Assembly (NCBI GenBank): GCA_030688545.1
Contig: JAUYHT010000008.1
Span: 90,001 to 122,000 of the forward strand
Reading direction: 5' to 3'
DNA: 32,000 bases
From: Candidatus Iainarchaeum sp.
GTDB taxonomy: Archaea; Iainarchaeota; Iainarchaeia; Iainarchaeales; VGJJ01
Position 1 is the stretch's first letter, and every line of letters begins with the position of its first letter. Position numbers and translations under genes: made by a program. The notes under the pieces are model-generated. The model was given only the letters and a program-made list of their open reading frames with translations. It was not told the origin of the DNA and did no database searches. Below, piece by piece: positions 17,237 to 24,887 of the stretch.

Positions 17237-18745
17237 TTACCTCCGTTCCGGTTTTCGCGAATCGGATGATGTACGACCTTTTTCAAGTTCCCCTGATTGA
17301 AAGAAATGGATAAACAAACCAGCCGATACAACAGCTGCCCCCAGGACTGCAAGTTCATTTCGACCGAGTAGGAAAATGGCTACCAGAAATAAGATTATCA
17401 CTCCTATTATTCGCACGGCAAGCGCTTTCCAATCCTTTTTGGCACGCCATTGATTGTAACCAATTCCCCCTCCCACGAGAAGAATCAATAACCCCCATGC
17501 AATCAAAGGGGATGCGCCGGTAGGGACGGGAGTAGTATTCGACCCATTTCCAACCGAGGTTGCAGGTAACGAAATTGTTTTTTGTACGCTTTGTCGTTCT
17601 CCCGTGGTATCCGTGTAGGATATCTCCATCTCCAGCGTGCGTGGGATCAATTCACTTGTTGGAGTGGGGCTGCGCGAAACACTTCCGGATGAAGTAACGC
17701 TATTCGGAGAAGATGATGGAGTGCTTTTGCTGGCTAAGGGAAACGTCGCAATCGTGAAATCCCCTTTATTGAGATTACCCAGGATCGAGACATTGCTTCC
17801 TCCGCTTGAACTTCCAAGAGGAGTTAAAAGTTTGGCTACGACTGCCCCTGCATTGTTGGAACCAATATTGGCAATGCTCACGGATAATTGTGTCGCCGTC
17901 ATTTCGGCACTCACTTCAAAATCAGTAGTGCCTCCTACAATGACTCCTATTTCCGAGCTTTGTTCCTGTGTTCCATTGCTATCAATGAAGGATAAATCAA
18001 TCGTCAAAGGGTAAATTCCTGTGGCAATGTTAGGATCGGCTGCTACCGTGTACTGGATATTGACTTTTTCTCCCGGCTGGATAATGGAAATGTATCGTTT
18101 GTTGTCCGATCCAACGGGTAAAATCAGTGAGCTTTCTTCAGCCCATGAAAAAGAAATATTTGAGATGGGAGACCCACTTACGTTAGTTAAAGTAAAGATA
18201 ACATTCGTTTGGTTTCCAGGATTCACGACGCGCGGTTCCAAGACAACGTCAATATTTTTCTGCACGCCGGTAACGGGAACAATGATTTCATGCAGTTCGG
18301 TTACGGGAAGTCCATTTCGCAAATAGGAAAGGGAAAGGATTACGGGATAATGCCCAGGTATGGTATCTTCTTTGACGCGAAATGAAAAAATGAGTGTTTT
18401 GGTTGCACCAGGTGCAATAGCGGATTCGACATCTGTTAGACTTACTGGTTCAAATTGATCTCCCACATCCAAAAAGGCATTCAAATCTTGAATGGTAATA
18501 CTGGACCCTTTGTTATGGATGTCCACTGCAAGACTGACGGTGTCTCCTGCGTGGATAGTGCTTGGAAGAAAGTTGGTCTTTTGAATTTCGGCCAGGAAAG
18601 CAAACTCGCCCGGAAAATCTCCAAGTTGCGCATGGACGGAGGATCCTGCACTCAACAAAAATAATCCTAAAATAAAATAGAACACAGGATTCCTACTCCA
18701 TTGGCGTGTCGTTGTTTTTCCATCTGCATCATTCATTTGTTTCAT
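17237..18745 (-). CDS. exported repeat protein with Ig-like (CARDB / COG1361-type) domains and C-terminal TM segments
   Basis: The N-terminal signal/anchor is VFYFILGLFLLSAGSSVHAQ. Beta-rich units repeat (GDTVSLAVDIHNKGSS, GNQTNVIFTLTNVSGSP, PGEKVNIQYTVAA, SIANIGSNNAG). An S/T/P linker is followed by three C-terminal hydrophobic helices. The start overlaps the ATPase stop in an ATGA (18742-18745). Confidence 0.6.
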   Translation of the reverse strand: MKQMNDADGKTTTRQWSRNPVFYFILGLFLLSAGSSVHAQLGDFPGEFAFLAEIQKTNFLPSTIHAGDTVSLAVDIHNKGSSITIQDLNAFLDVGDQFEPVSLTDVESAIAPGATKTLIFSFRVKEDTIPGHYPVILSLSYLRNGLPVTELHEIIVPVTGVQKNIDVVLEPRVVNPGNQTNVIFTLTNVSGSPISNISFSWAEESSLILPVGSDNKRYISIIQPGEKVNIQYTVAADPNIATGIYPLTIDLSFIDSNGTQEQSSEIGVIVGGTTDFEVSAEMTATQLSVSIANIGSNNAGAVVAKLLTPLGSSSGGSNVSILGNLNKGDFTIATFPLASKSTPSSSPNSVTSSGSVSRSPTPTSELIPRTLEMEISYTDTTGERQSVQKTISLPATSVGNGSNTTPVPTGASPLIAWGLLILLVGGGIGYNQWRAKKDWKALAVRIIGVIILFLVAIFLLGRNELAVLGAAVVSAGLFIHFFQSGELEKGRTSSDSRKPERR

Positions 18746-19464
18746 CTCCCTGTCCTATTTTTTCCATCATAATGAATTTGACCATCTTTCAATTCAATGA
18801 CACGATCCGCATACTTGGCAATATCCGATTCATGCGTAACCAACACGATGGTTTTTCCTTGCTTGGCATGAAGGTCCTCGAAAATATCCATGATCTCATA
18901 ACTCGTTTTCGAATCCAAATTTCCGGTGGGCTCATCTGCCAAAATCATGGATGGATCGGCCGACAAGGCGCGCGCTACTGCCACGCGCTGGCGTTCTCCT
19001 CCAGAAAGCTGGGAAGGATAGTGTTGAATTCGATGGGATAGGCCGACTTGATCCAGAAGCTTGGTAACGGTCGTATTGATTTCATTTTTCTCAAACTCAT
19101 GAATGCGCATGGGCAAAGCAACATTCTCAAAAACATTAAGGGTAGGATAAAGATTGAAAGTCTGGAATACGAAACCAATGGCTTTCCCCCGAATGCGTGA
19201 GACTTCCGATTCGGAAAGAGCGGAAATGGACGTTCCTTCCAGGAGGATTTCACCTTTTGTCGGAATATCCAATGCCCCTACCATATTCAATACGGTGGAC
19301 TTTCCAGAGCCGGATGCTCCCATAATAGCTACAAATTCTCCTTTTCGGATCGTAAGACTGATTCCTTTTACGGCTGGAACCTGCACCTGGTCCATCTGGT
19401 AGATTTTCCAGGCATCTTTAATCTCCAAAATAGGGATATCCGTAGAAAATCGTTTAATCGCCAT
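18742..19464 (-). CDS. ABC transporter ATP-binding protein (MacB/LolD-type)
   Basis: Walker A is GASGSGKST, the signature is [15 protein letters not shown], Walker B is [11 protein letters not shown] and the H-loop is VLVTHE. Confidence 0.9.
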   Translation of the reverse strand: MAIKRFSTDIPILEIKDAWKIYQMDQVQVPAVKGISLTIRKGEFVAIMGASGSGKSTVLNMVGALDIPTKGEILLEGTSISALSESEVSRIRGKAIGFVFQTFNLYPTLNVFENVALPMRIHEFEKNEINTTVTKLLDQVGLSHRIQHYPSQLSGGERQRVAVARALSADPSMILADEPTGNLDSKTSYEIMDIFEDLHAKQGKTIVLVTHESDIAKYADRVIELKDGQIHYDGKNRTGR

Positions 19465-19500
19465 ACTTTATATGGGAGTGCAACCATTAATAGATTGACC

Positions 19501-19519
19501 TGTAACGAGATGTAACGAG
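19501..19519. promoter_or_regulatory. tandem direct repeat TGTAACGAG-A-TGTAACGAG in a divergent promoter region (candidate operator)
   Basis: Two exact 9-mers with 10-bp spacing lie between the ABC operon (start 19464, minus) and the wHTH regulator gene (start 19549, plus). They sit just downstream of a palindromic TATA-like CCATTAATAG (19484-19493). Confidence 0.45.
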
Positions 19520-19548
19520 TAATCTCTTCAATTGAAATAGGGTGAAAC

Positions 19549-20139
19549 ATGAAACAAGCTGAAACGATTTATAAAACCAAAAAAAGATACCTTGCACTAA
19601 TGATTCTCTGTTTCTTCTACGGAGGATTCACCCTTATTATGGCGCTGATTGTGGGATATTCTACTTTCTGGAGAAGCCAAATCGCCGATCCGAGTCTATT
19701 CCAGCGTAGTATCTTTGATCGTGGACCTGCTGATGCCAATCGCTTTTTACCCCCGGATTTTAATCGCGCATTTGTCGAGCGCCTTCCCCTCGATCCTTTT
19801 TCAATTCTCACATCGCCCCCTATTTTGCTTTTCATATTAGGTGGGGTTCTCTCTATTCTTGCAGGGCTAGCTATTTGGAATTTGATGAGAGAAAAGGAAA
19901 TTAAGAAAATCAGAGAGGAAACGGCAAATCACTTGTTGCTTCCAGAAGAACTCCAAGTGTTGGAAGCCTTGAAGAAATCCAACATGGAATCCACACAATC
20001 TCGAATAACAGCAGAAACAGGATTGAGCCGTGTCCAGGTGCATCGCGTGATCAACCGATTGGAGGCCAAGGGAATCCTCGAAAAGCACAAGTATGGACTG
20101 ACAAACAAAATTATTTTGAAAAAAGAAATATTCGAATAA
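19549..20139 (+). CDS. membrane-anchored winged-helix transcriptional regulator
   Basis: Two TM segments are present (LALMILCFFYGGFTLIMALIVGY and ILLFILGGVLSILAGLAIW). A C-terminal MarR/wHTH-like domain follows (LQVLEALKKSNMESTQSRITAETGLSRVQVHRVINRLEAKGILEKHKYG). Confidence 0.65.
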   Translation: MKQAETIYKTKKRYLALMILCFFYGGFTLIMALIVGYSTFWRSQIADPSLFQRSIFDRGPADANRFLPPDFNRAFVERLPLDPFSILTSPPILLFILGGVLSILAGLAIWNLMREKEIKKIREETANHLLLPEELQVLEALKKSNMESTQSRITAETGLSRVQVHRVINRLEAKGILEKHKYGLTNKIILKKEIFE

Positions 20140-20161
20140 ACTCAGAGTGCAAGCGCTGCTG

Positions 20162-20217
20162 TTTTTTTGCCTGATTGCATAGGCATATGCCCTTCCCTCC
20201 GTTGAAAAGGGAAAGGG
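20162..20217. terminator. T7 tract plus imperfect hairpin between convergent genes
   Basis: The tttttttt tract at 20162-20168 lies 23 nt after the stop at 20139; oligo-T is the archaeal termination signal. A hairpin CCCTTCCCT-N9-AGGGAAAGGG spans 20190-20217. Confidence 0.35.
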
Positions 20218-20286
20218 ATACACCATTTGCACTTTCTTTACCCGCCATTAAAAGACAACCCCGGAGCACCTTTTCACCCTTGCTAC

Positions 20287-21234
20287 CTAATTATTCCCAA
20301 AGTCTGAATTCTCCAAGAGGTCTTTGGATTCTTTTATTTTGATTTCCTGATCAAAGTGGTTCAATCTGTGGAGAACTCTTTCGAGCATTATTTGGTCTCT
20401 TTTCTCACTGTATATTACGTGGAGTATGTTATTGATTGTTTGGATGGTTTTTTCGTCGAAGTTGGCTTCTCTTCTATTTTGGATGTCGGAATATGCAGAC
20501 AGGAGGGTGTTGAGCAGTATGTTTTGTAATTCGGTTGAGATGTAGTTTACATAATTGAAGTCGTAGTCTCTTCGTCTCAGTCTTTCCATTTCTGTTTTTT
20601 GCATTCTTTCCTTAGCTTTTATTTCCATTTGTTTCAGTTGGTTAATTCCTTCGACTTGCTCTTGAAAATAGGCGGCCTCTTCGTGGTTGTTCTTTTTCTT
20701 CATTTTCTTAGCAAGAATGCGCATTCCTTTGGCGGCGTGTCGTTCTTGCCGCTTGAGGTGCGTAATAAAATATTTTCTACTGAATTCGACTTGTCTTAAT
20801 CGGTTGTTCCACGTTTCCATCATTAACTGTTTTATTTTTTCAATCTCAATCTCTTGTAAAGGGCCAAGAGTAATGAGAATGTTGTTGAAGAACGTTTCAA
20901 TAGGGCTTTCTGTGATGAAATATTTTTTTCTTTTTGCGTCCGAACCAATTCTAATTCCCTGAAATCCTTTTCCATCTACATTAACGTGAATATTTTTCCC
21001 AATTCTTATCTCATTTTGAATAAGGTTTGTTCCTTCCAACTCTTTAAGCGCCAGTTGTATACCAGTGTCTTTTTTGGCGTCTAACAACTCGAATATATCT
21101 CGTTGGAAAAGTCCGTCTGGGAACAGTTCGAGCAGGTATAGCACGCGACTGATTCGCGGAGTTTTCAGGCAGGTAACCCACTTGGTAGTAGGTTTGGATT
21201 TTTCCCCTACTTTATTTCCGTCTTTGGACATCAT
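20287..21234 (-). CDS. hypothetical protein, N-terminal wHTH-like region + long charged coiled-coil
   Basis: The 315-aa product has RISRVLYLLELFPDGLFQRDIFELLDAKKDTGIQLALKELEGTNLIQ, which resembles a winged helix. The K/E/R-rich middle looks like coiled coil. It is transcribed divergently from the RHH operon. Confidence 0.45.
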   Translation of the reverse strand: MMSKDGNKVGEKSKPTTKWVTCLKTPRISRVLYLLELFPDGLFQRDIFELLDAKKDTGIQLALKELEGTNLIQNEIRIGKNIHVNVDGKGFQGIRIGSDAKRKKYFITESPIETFFNNILITLGPLQEIEIEKIKQLMMETWNNRLRQVEFSRKYFITHLKRQERHAAKGMRILAKKMKKKNNHEEAAYFQEQVEGINQLKQMEIKAKERMQKTEMERLRRRDYDFNYVNYISTELQNILLNTLLSAYSDIQNRREANFDEKTIQTINNILHVIYSEKRDQIMLERVLHRLNHFDQEIKIKESKDLLENSDFGNN

Positions 21235-21270
21235 CTATGTTCATTAGTGGCTTAACCCCTATAAATCTCC

Positions 21271-21294
21271 GTAGAAAATCAACAGTTTTTCTAC
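21271..21294. promoter_or_regulatory. perfect inverted repeat GTAGAAAA-N8-TTTTCTAC (candidate RHH operator) between TATA and SD
   Basis: The TATA-like TATAAAT lies at 21260-21266 and the IR at 21271-21278 / 21287-21294. GGAGGTGA follows at 21297-21304, then the GTG start at 21310. Confidence 0.5.
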
Positions 21295-21309
21295 GTGGAG
21301 GTGAGAACG

Positions 21310-21438
21310 GTGAAGACCTTTCAAATAACGGTTCCTGAAGCCTTAGATTCACGGCTCCAGGAACAAAAGAAGAGCTTTACCACCCGAAACGCCCTGATTC
21401 TCCACTTGTTGAATCGGGGATTGGAGGCCCAAAAATGA
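21310..21438 (+). CDS. small ribbon-helix-helix (CopG/Arc-like) protein
   Basis: At 42 aa it is not in the track. The GTG start is preceded by GGAGGTGA at 5-nt spacing. The translation VKTFQITVPEALDSRLQEQKKSFTTRNALILHLLNRGLEAQK has the beta-strand / helix / helix pattern of RHH repressors. Confidence 0.6.
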   Translation: MKTFQITVPEALDSRLQEQKKSFTTRNALILHLLNRGLEAQK

Positions 21439-21533
21439 GTCAAAATCAGACGATTTTGAGGATCGTCAGGTTGGCCAAGGAAGGAGGGGCTGAAAAGTTC
21501 CGTTCGTGGGAGCTCAAACTCATCGAAAAATGA
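21435..21533 (+). CDS. 32-aa ORF translationally coupled to the RHH gene
   Basis: It overlaps the RHH stop in an ATGA. Translation: MSQNQTILRIVRLAKEGGAEKFRSWELKLIEK. The only support is position and coupling. Confidence 0.3.
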   Translation: MSQNQTILRIVRLAKEGGAEKFRSWELKLIEK

Positions 21534-21576
21534 AAAATCCACTCCGACTAGGGAATGGAAAAATTAGGTTTTGGAT

Positions 21577-21786
21577 ATGGATAAGCAGCAAAAGCTCACT
21601 TTAATCTTTTCGGAAACGACTTTCCCAATTCGCGCGCGCTATTGTACGCAACGCACGGCTAAGTTGTATGGCGCGAAGAAGCTTTTCCAGCTTCTTTATT
21701 CTCAAAATCGACTTTTTCATGGAAGCATCGCAGTTTCAGAAGATGGCAAGCGCTACTTTATTTTTGAAACAGGGGTACTTGAATGA
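21577..21786 (+). CDS. small hypothetical protein
   Basis: Track ORF 21571..21786 starts at a TTG; the first ATG is at 21577. Its stop overlaps the next start in an ATGA. Confidence 0.4.
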   Translation: MDKQQKLTLIFSETTFPIRARYCTQRTAKLYGAKKLFQLLYSQNRLFHGSIAVSEDGKRYFIFETGVLE

Positions 21787-21923
21787 ATCCACATCCTGTT
21801 TGTACGTTTTGTAATCAAGAAAAACCTCCATTCATCGGACTCGGATTCGAAATTTTCTGCCCGAAACATGCTGAAGATGTTGGAAAAGCACTTTTAGAAT
21901 TCTCTAAGAAGGCGAATCCATGA
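21783..21923 (+). CDS. 46-aa Cys-containing small protein
   Basis: Not in the track. Translation: MNPHPVCTFCNQEKPPFIGLGFEIFCPKHAEDVGKALLEFSKKANP, with CxxC...CxxH. It has ATGA overlaps at both ends (21783-86 and 21920-23). Confidence 0.45.
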   Translation: MNPHPVCTFCNQEKPPFIGLGFEIFCPKHAEDVGKALLEFSKKANP

Positions 21924-23536
21924 ATAGAAAAGAAAAGTCTTTGCGCATTCGCGGAGAATGGACTTGCAAACAATGCAATGAAAAGTTTTATGAAACGACC
22001 CAACCAACAGTTTGTAAATGTAGACGCGGAGATTTTTATTTTTCAGGATCGCGCGAAGAAGAAGTCGTCAAAATAACGGTGGAAGGAGTTCACTACGAGA
22101 CTATTTGCGACGAAAACAATAATGTCTCCTTTGCATTTCTAACAGAGAGTGGATCGCCCAACATTACTGCATTTGTTGATGATGAGGACAAAAATATACG
22201 ATTTGTTCCAATTTTTAAGAAAAAAATAATGAAAAAAGATGCAACAGTAGTGATTTTCCCTGAAATACCAGTCGAATATGGAAGCGACTCCGAACTAGTC
22301 CATGAAATCAAGAGCTTTATCCACCGATATTTGGATATTTCATCTGAACATGAGATGTTCGCGACGCAATATATTTTGCTTTCGTGGGTATACGAAGCGC
22401 TAACCACTATCCCTTATTTATCGGCCCGAGGAGACTTTTCGACAGGGAAAAGTCGATATCTAGATACCATTGGAGATCTATGTTACTTACCTATTCATGC
22501 GAATGGAGCAACAACCGATAGTCCAATCTTTCGTTTGATAGGAACTTTTGGAGGAACTTTGGTCGCAGAAGAAATTGACAAAGAAAAAAGCGACACAACC
22601 CAAATGCTAACAAAAATAATCAATCTCGGCTACGAAAAGAAAAATTCCATCCTCCGCTCAGACAAAGAAGATCCAAATGAAATTGAGTCATTTAATGTTT
22701 TTGGACCAAAAGTTTTCTCAAGGCGATTTGAATTTCAAGACAAAGCGACTGAGAGTCGATGCATTACAGAATTAATGTGCGACACAACAAGAGAGGATAT
22801 TCCAATCCAACTCCCACAAAAGTTCTTTGAAGAACAAAAAGTTCTACGAAATAAATTATTGATGTTTCGATTACGAAATTTACAAAAAGTTGACCCAAAT
22901 GCGATTGAAAAAATTCGCTTACCCAAACAACTAGACTCTCGAATAAGACAAGGGCTCGCAAGCTTTGCCATCTTGTTTCATAATAATGAAGAAATCTTCA
23001 CACAATTTTTAGACTTCGCCAAAAAACACCAACTAAAAATTAAAGAAGAGTTATCCACGAGCATCGAAGGACAAATAGCCCAATTTCTTTTCGACTACAA
23101 AGAAGCACCAAAAGAACAGCAGGAAAAAATTCAACCCCAACTAATCGCTAAATGCTTAAGTGAAAAATCAAACAAACCATTAACCCCTAATTTTATCGGT
23201 GTTCGACTAAAGAGTTTGGGAGTAAAGACGGTTCAAGGACATGAAGAAGAAGGCGGAAAACGTAAAACCATTCGCCACATCGTTTGGGATGAACCACTTT
23301 TTGAACGAATATTTCTGAAATACTTGCCGGAATATTGGATTGAAAAGAATAAGGATTATTTTGATACTGAGGCCCAGAGTCTCGTGCCTGCTGTGCCAAA
23401 CGTGCCAGTCGTGCCAAGCTCTATCCACCTGGCACAAGCGGCACAAGTGGCGCAACCAGCACAACGTTCACCCATTACCCATGAAACAGACCCTGAACCC
23501 AATTCAGAGGAGATTGTTCCTCGGGAGCTGATTTGA
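21920..23536 (+). CDS. Zn-ribbon + P-loop NTPase, putative mobile-element replication/primase-helicase-associated protein
   Basis: The N-terminus has WTCKQCNEKF...CKCRRG. Walker A is ARGDFSTGKS and the Walker B-like motif is GGTLVAEEID. Next come INLGYEKKNSILR and FNVFGPKVFSRR...ATESRCI. From memory, this motif order resembles the DUF3631-type NTPases of phage/plasmid primase-like proteins. The C-terminal tail is low-complexity ((VPx)4...(AQx)4). Confidence 0.6.
   Translation: MNRKEKSLRIRGEWTCKQCNEKFYETTQPTVCKCRRGDFYFSGSREEEVVKITVEGVHYETICDENNNVSFAFLTESGSPNITAFVDDEDKNIRFVPIFKKKIMKKDATVVIFPEIPVEYGSDSELVHEIKSFIHRYLDISSEHEMFATQYILLSWVYEALTTIPYLSARGDFSTGKSRYLDTIGDLCYLPIHANGATTDSPIFRLIGTFGGTLVAEEIDKEKSDTTQMLTKIINLGYEKKNSILRSDKEDPNEIESFNVFGPKVFSRRFEFQDKATESRCITELMCDTTREDIPIQLPQKFFEEQKVLRNKLLMFRLRNLQKVDPNAIEKIRLPKQLDSRIRQGLASFAILFHNNEEIFTQFLDFAKKHQLKIKEELSTSIEGQIAQFLFDYKEAPKEQQEKIQPQLIAKCLSEKSNKPLTPNFIGVRLKSLGVKTVQGHEEEGGKRKTIRHIVWDEPLFERIFLKYLPEYWIEKNKDYFDTEAQSLVPAVPNVPVVPSSIHLAQAAQVAQPAQRSPITHETDPEPNSEEIVPRELI
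23384..23466. repeat. phased pentamer array: 4 x GTGCC (period 9) then 4 x GGCAC-like (period 9), mutually complementary
   Basis: GTGCC occurs at 23384, 23393, 23402 and 23411. GGCAC, GGCAC, GGCGC and AGCAC occur at 23431, 23440, 23449 and 23458. A 15-nt spacer separates the two sets. The array is a local GC-rich patch inside the 3' end of the NTPase gene. Confidence 0.7.
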
Positions 23537-23818
23537 TTGAAAAAACCTATTCGAGTTCACCGCGCTTGGCGGATATCTCCCGAAACCGATCAAGCCATCA
23601 AGAAATGGTCAAAGATCTTAGGAGTCTCCGAGACCCAATTTGTCGAATCCACTATACTAACTGTATCTGAGGGCTTAGCGGAGAGTGCGACACGCGTGAA
23701 ATCGCGTGTATCTGCCTCAATAGCTTCAAAATCCACTCAAAAAGAAGAGAAAAATACGCCCACCCCATCATCAAAGATAATAGAAAAGACTATACAAAAA
23801 GACACGGAGGAACCGTGA
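23537..23818 (+). CDS. RHH-like small protein with S/T/K-rich tail
   Basis: The TTG start immediately follows the upstream TGA. RISPETDQAIKKWSKILGVSETQFVESTILTV resembles an RHH/CopG-type strand-helix-helix. Confidence 0.45.
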   Translation: MKKPIRVHRAWRISPETDQAIKKWSKILGVSETQFVESTILTVSEGLAESATRVKSRVSASIASKSTQKEEKNTPTPSSKIIEKTIQKDTEEP

Positions 23819-23819
23819 C

Positions 23820-24377
23820 ATGGAAACGAAAGCCGTTTTTAAAACACATGGAGAACCCGATCAGGTGCTATATCAGCTTATTCAACGAAATCACTTCCTC
23901 CCCTGGTATCGATTCTCGCCTGAGCATTGGGTAGCGATCCAATTAGGCAGACATCGAATTGCGGAGTATAATGAAGGAAAAATAGTGTCGCGATGTTACA
24001 CCACGATGAAAGAATTTCAAGATAGTGTTTCCCTCCAAATATTATTCCTTGGAACCCCCTTAGTTGGAGTTAACCCCGAACTGTATGAACGATTCCGAAA
24101 CGATGACGTTTTACAAACTAAAGCTATCGAAGCCGTTAGTTCTTGGCATCGTGACGGAACTCCCAATGCCAAAAGACGATTAGCACAAATCAGAATGTTT
24201 TGTCTATTACTCGCGATTGCAAAAGAAGAAGGGCGTTCAATCGAAGAAATTTCCATGGAAGGACATGAGGCAGACAAAAATCTTTCCCAAGAAACAAAAG
24301 CAGAAATCAAAGCAAAAGGCTCGTGCTTGGCCACTCCAATACTTATTGAAGAAATGATTAAAACCACTCAACAATAA
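23820..24377 (+). CDS. hypothetical protein
   Basis: This 185-aa ORF starts 1 nt after the preceding stop and is the last gene of the coupled operon. I recognise no motif. Confidence 0.5.
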   Translation: METKAVFKTHGEPDQVLYQLIQRNHFLPWYRFSPEHWVAIQLGRHRIAEYNEGKIVSRCYTTMKEFQDSVSLQILFLGTPLVGVNPELYERFRNDDVLQTKAIEAVSSWHRDGTPNAKRRLAQIRMFCLLLAIAKEEGRSIEEISMEGHEADKNLSQETKAEIKAKGSCLATPILIEEMIKTTQQ

Positions 24378-24389
24378 CACATAATTTAG

Positions 24390-24426
24390 CCAGAAAAAAT
24401 AAAGTTGTGTGTTTTTTATTTTCTGG
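24390..24426. terminator. hairpin CCAGAAAA...TTTTCTGG with T-rich 3' side between convergent genes
   Basis: An 8-bp perfect stem (24390-24397 / 24419-24426), extendable with a bulge, encloses a T6 tract at 24412-24417. It begins 13 nt after the stop at 24377. Confidence 0.45.
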
Positions 24427-24568
24427 AACATTCATGCAGGCAAAAATATCTCTTGTTTTCCCGCAAAAACAGCTCTTTTTTCACAATTCAAATCAAAAGA
24501 CAATGATTTCTGCATTGCCTGAAAAACATTTTTTCCAAAAATTTCAAAATTATGAAGACAACATGGAC

Positions 24569-24829
24569 CTAAAGCGCTTCAATTTCATGAAGCAGTTTTC
24601 CCAAACTCTGACCCTTAGAAGTCAGACTATAGGCGAAGAACTTTCTTCTTTTTTCACGAATCACGGTCGACTCAATCAAATTCAGTTCTTCGAGCTCCTT
24701 GATACGACTCGACAATGTGGCTTCCCGGTCTACCGTCTTTTTGAGGTCCTTGAACCGCAAGCCCTTGCTCTTATAGAGCGATAAAAGCACTTTTACGATA
24801 TATTTCCTTTCGAGAATCGTTGTATCCAT
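24569..24829 (-). CDS. small winged-helix transcriptional regulator (HxlR-like pattern)
   Basis: The 86-aa product has GLRFKDLKKTVDREATLSSRIKELEELNLIESTVIREKRRKFFAYSLTSKGQSLGKLL. This fits RF.dL......tLS.RlkELee.gLI........ .Y.LT.kG..L. Confidence 0.7.
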   Translation of the reverse strand: MDTTILERKYIVKVLLSLYKSKGLRFKDLKKTVDREATLSSRIKELEELNLIESTVIREKRRKFFAYSLTSKGQSLGKLLHEIEAL

Positions 24830-24850
24830 ACCTACCGAAATCGTAGGTAT
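24828..24850. promoter_or_regulatory. perfect palindrome ATACCTAC-N7-GTAGGTAT overlapping the start codon of the wHTH gene
   Basis: The arms lie at 24828-24835 and 24843-24850. The minus-strand ATG occupies 24827-24829. Confidence 0.5.
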
Positions 24851-24887
24851 TTTACCTCAAATAGCTTTTACGCACATTAAATAGTGT

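Noticed and set aside
19438-19451. 13-nt identity TCCGTAGAAAATC shared with 21268..21280 (which includes the left arm of the RHH operator)
   Set aside because: The first copy lies inside the ABC ATPase coding region. Several 13-nt coincidences are expected by chance in 32 kb of AT-rich DNA, and no second half-site accompanies it.
20190-20260. Possible island junction or att site in the GC-richer 20140-20286 spacer (TCCCTCCG shared with the tRNA T-arm; CTCCGGGGT on the opposite strand at about 20243-20251)
   Set aside because: The matches are only 8-9 nt and one is in the wrong orientation. Both are within chance expectation for a 32-kb window. The hairpin plus T-tract is adequately explained as a terminator between convergent genes.
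21321-21542. 73-aa minus-strand ORF
   Set aside because: It runs antisense to two plus-strand mini-ORFs that have a strong SD, an RHH-like translation and ATGA coupling to the rest of the operon.
24407-24784. 125-aa plus-strand ORF overlapping the wHTH regulator gene
   Set aside because: Its translation is F/Q/L-rich with no features. It runs antisense to an 86-aa ORF with a clear winged-helix pattern and an operator at its start.
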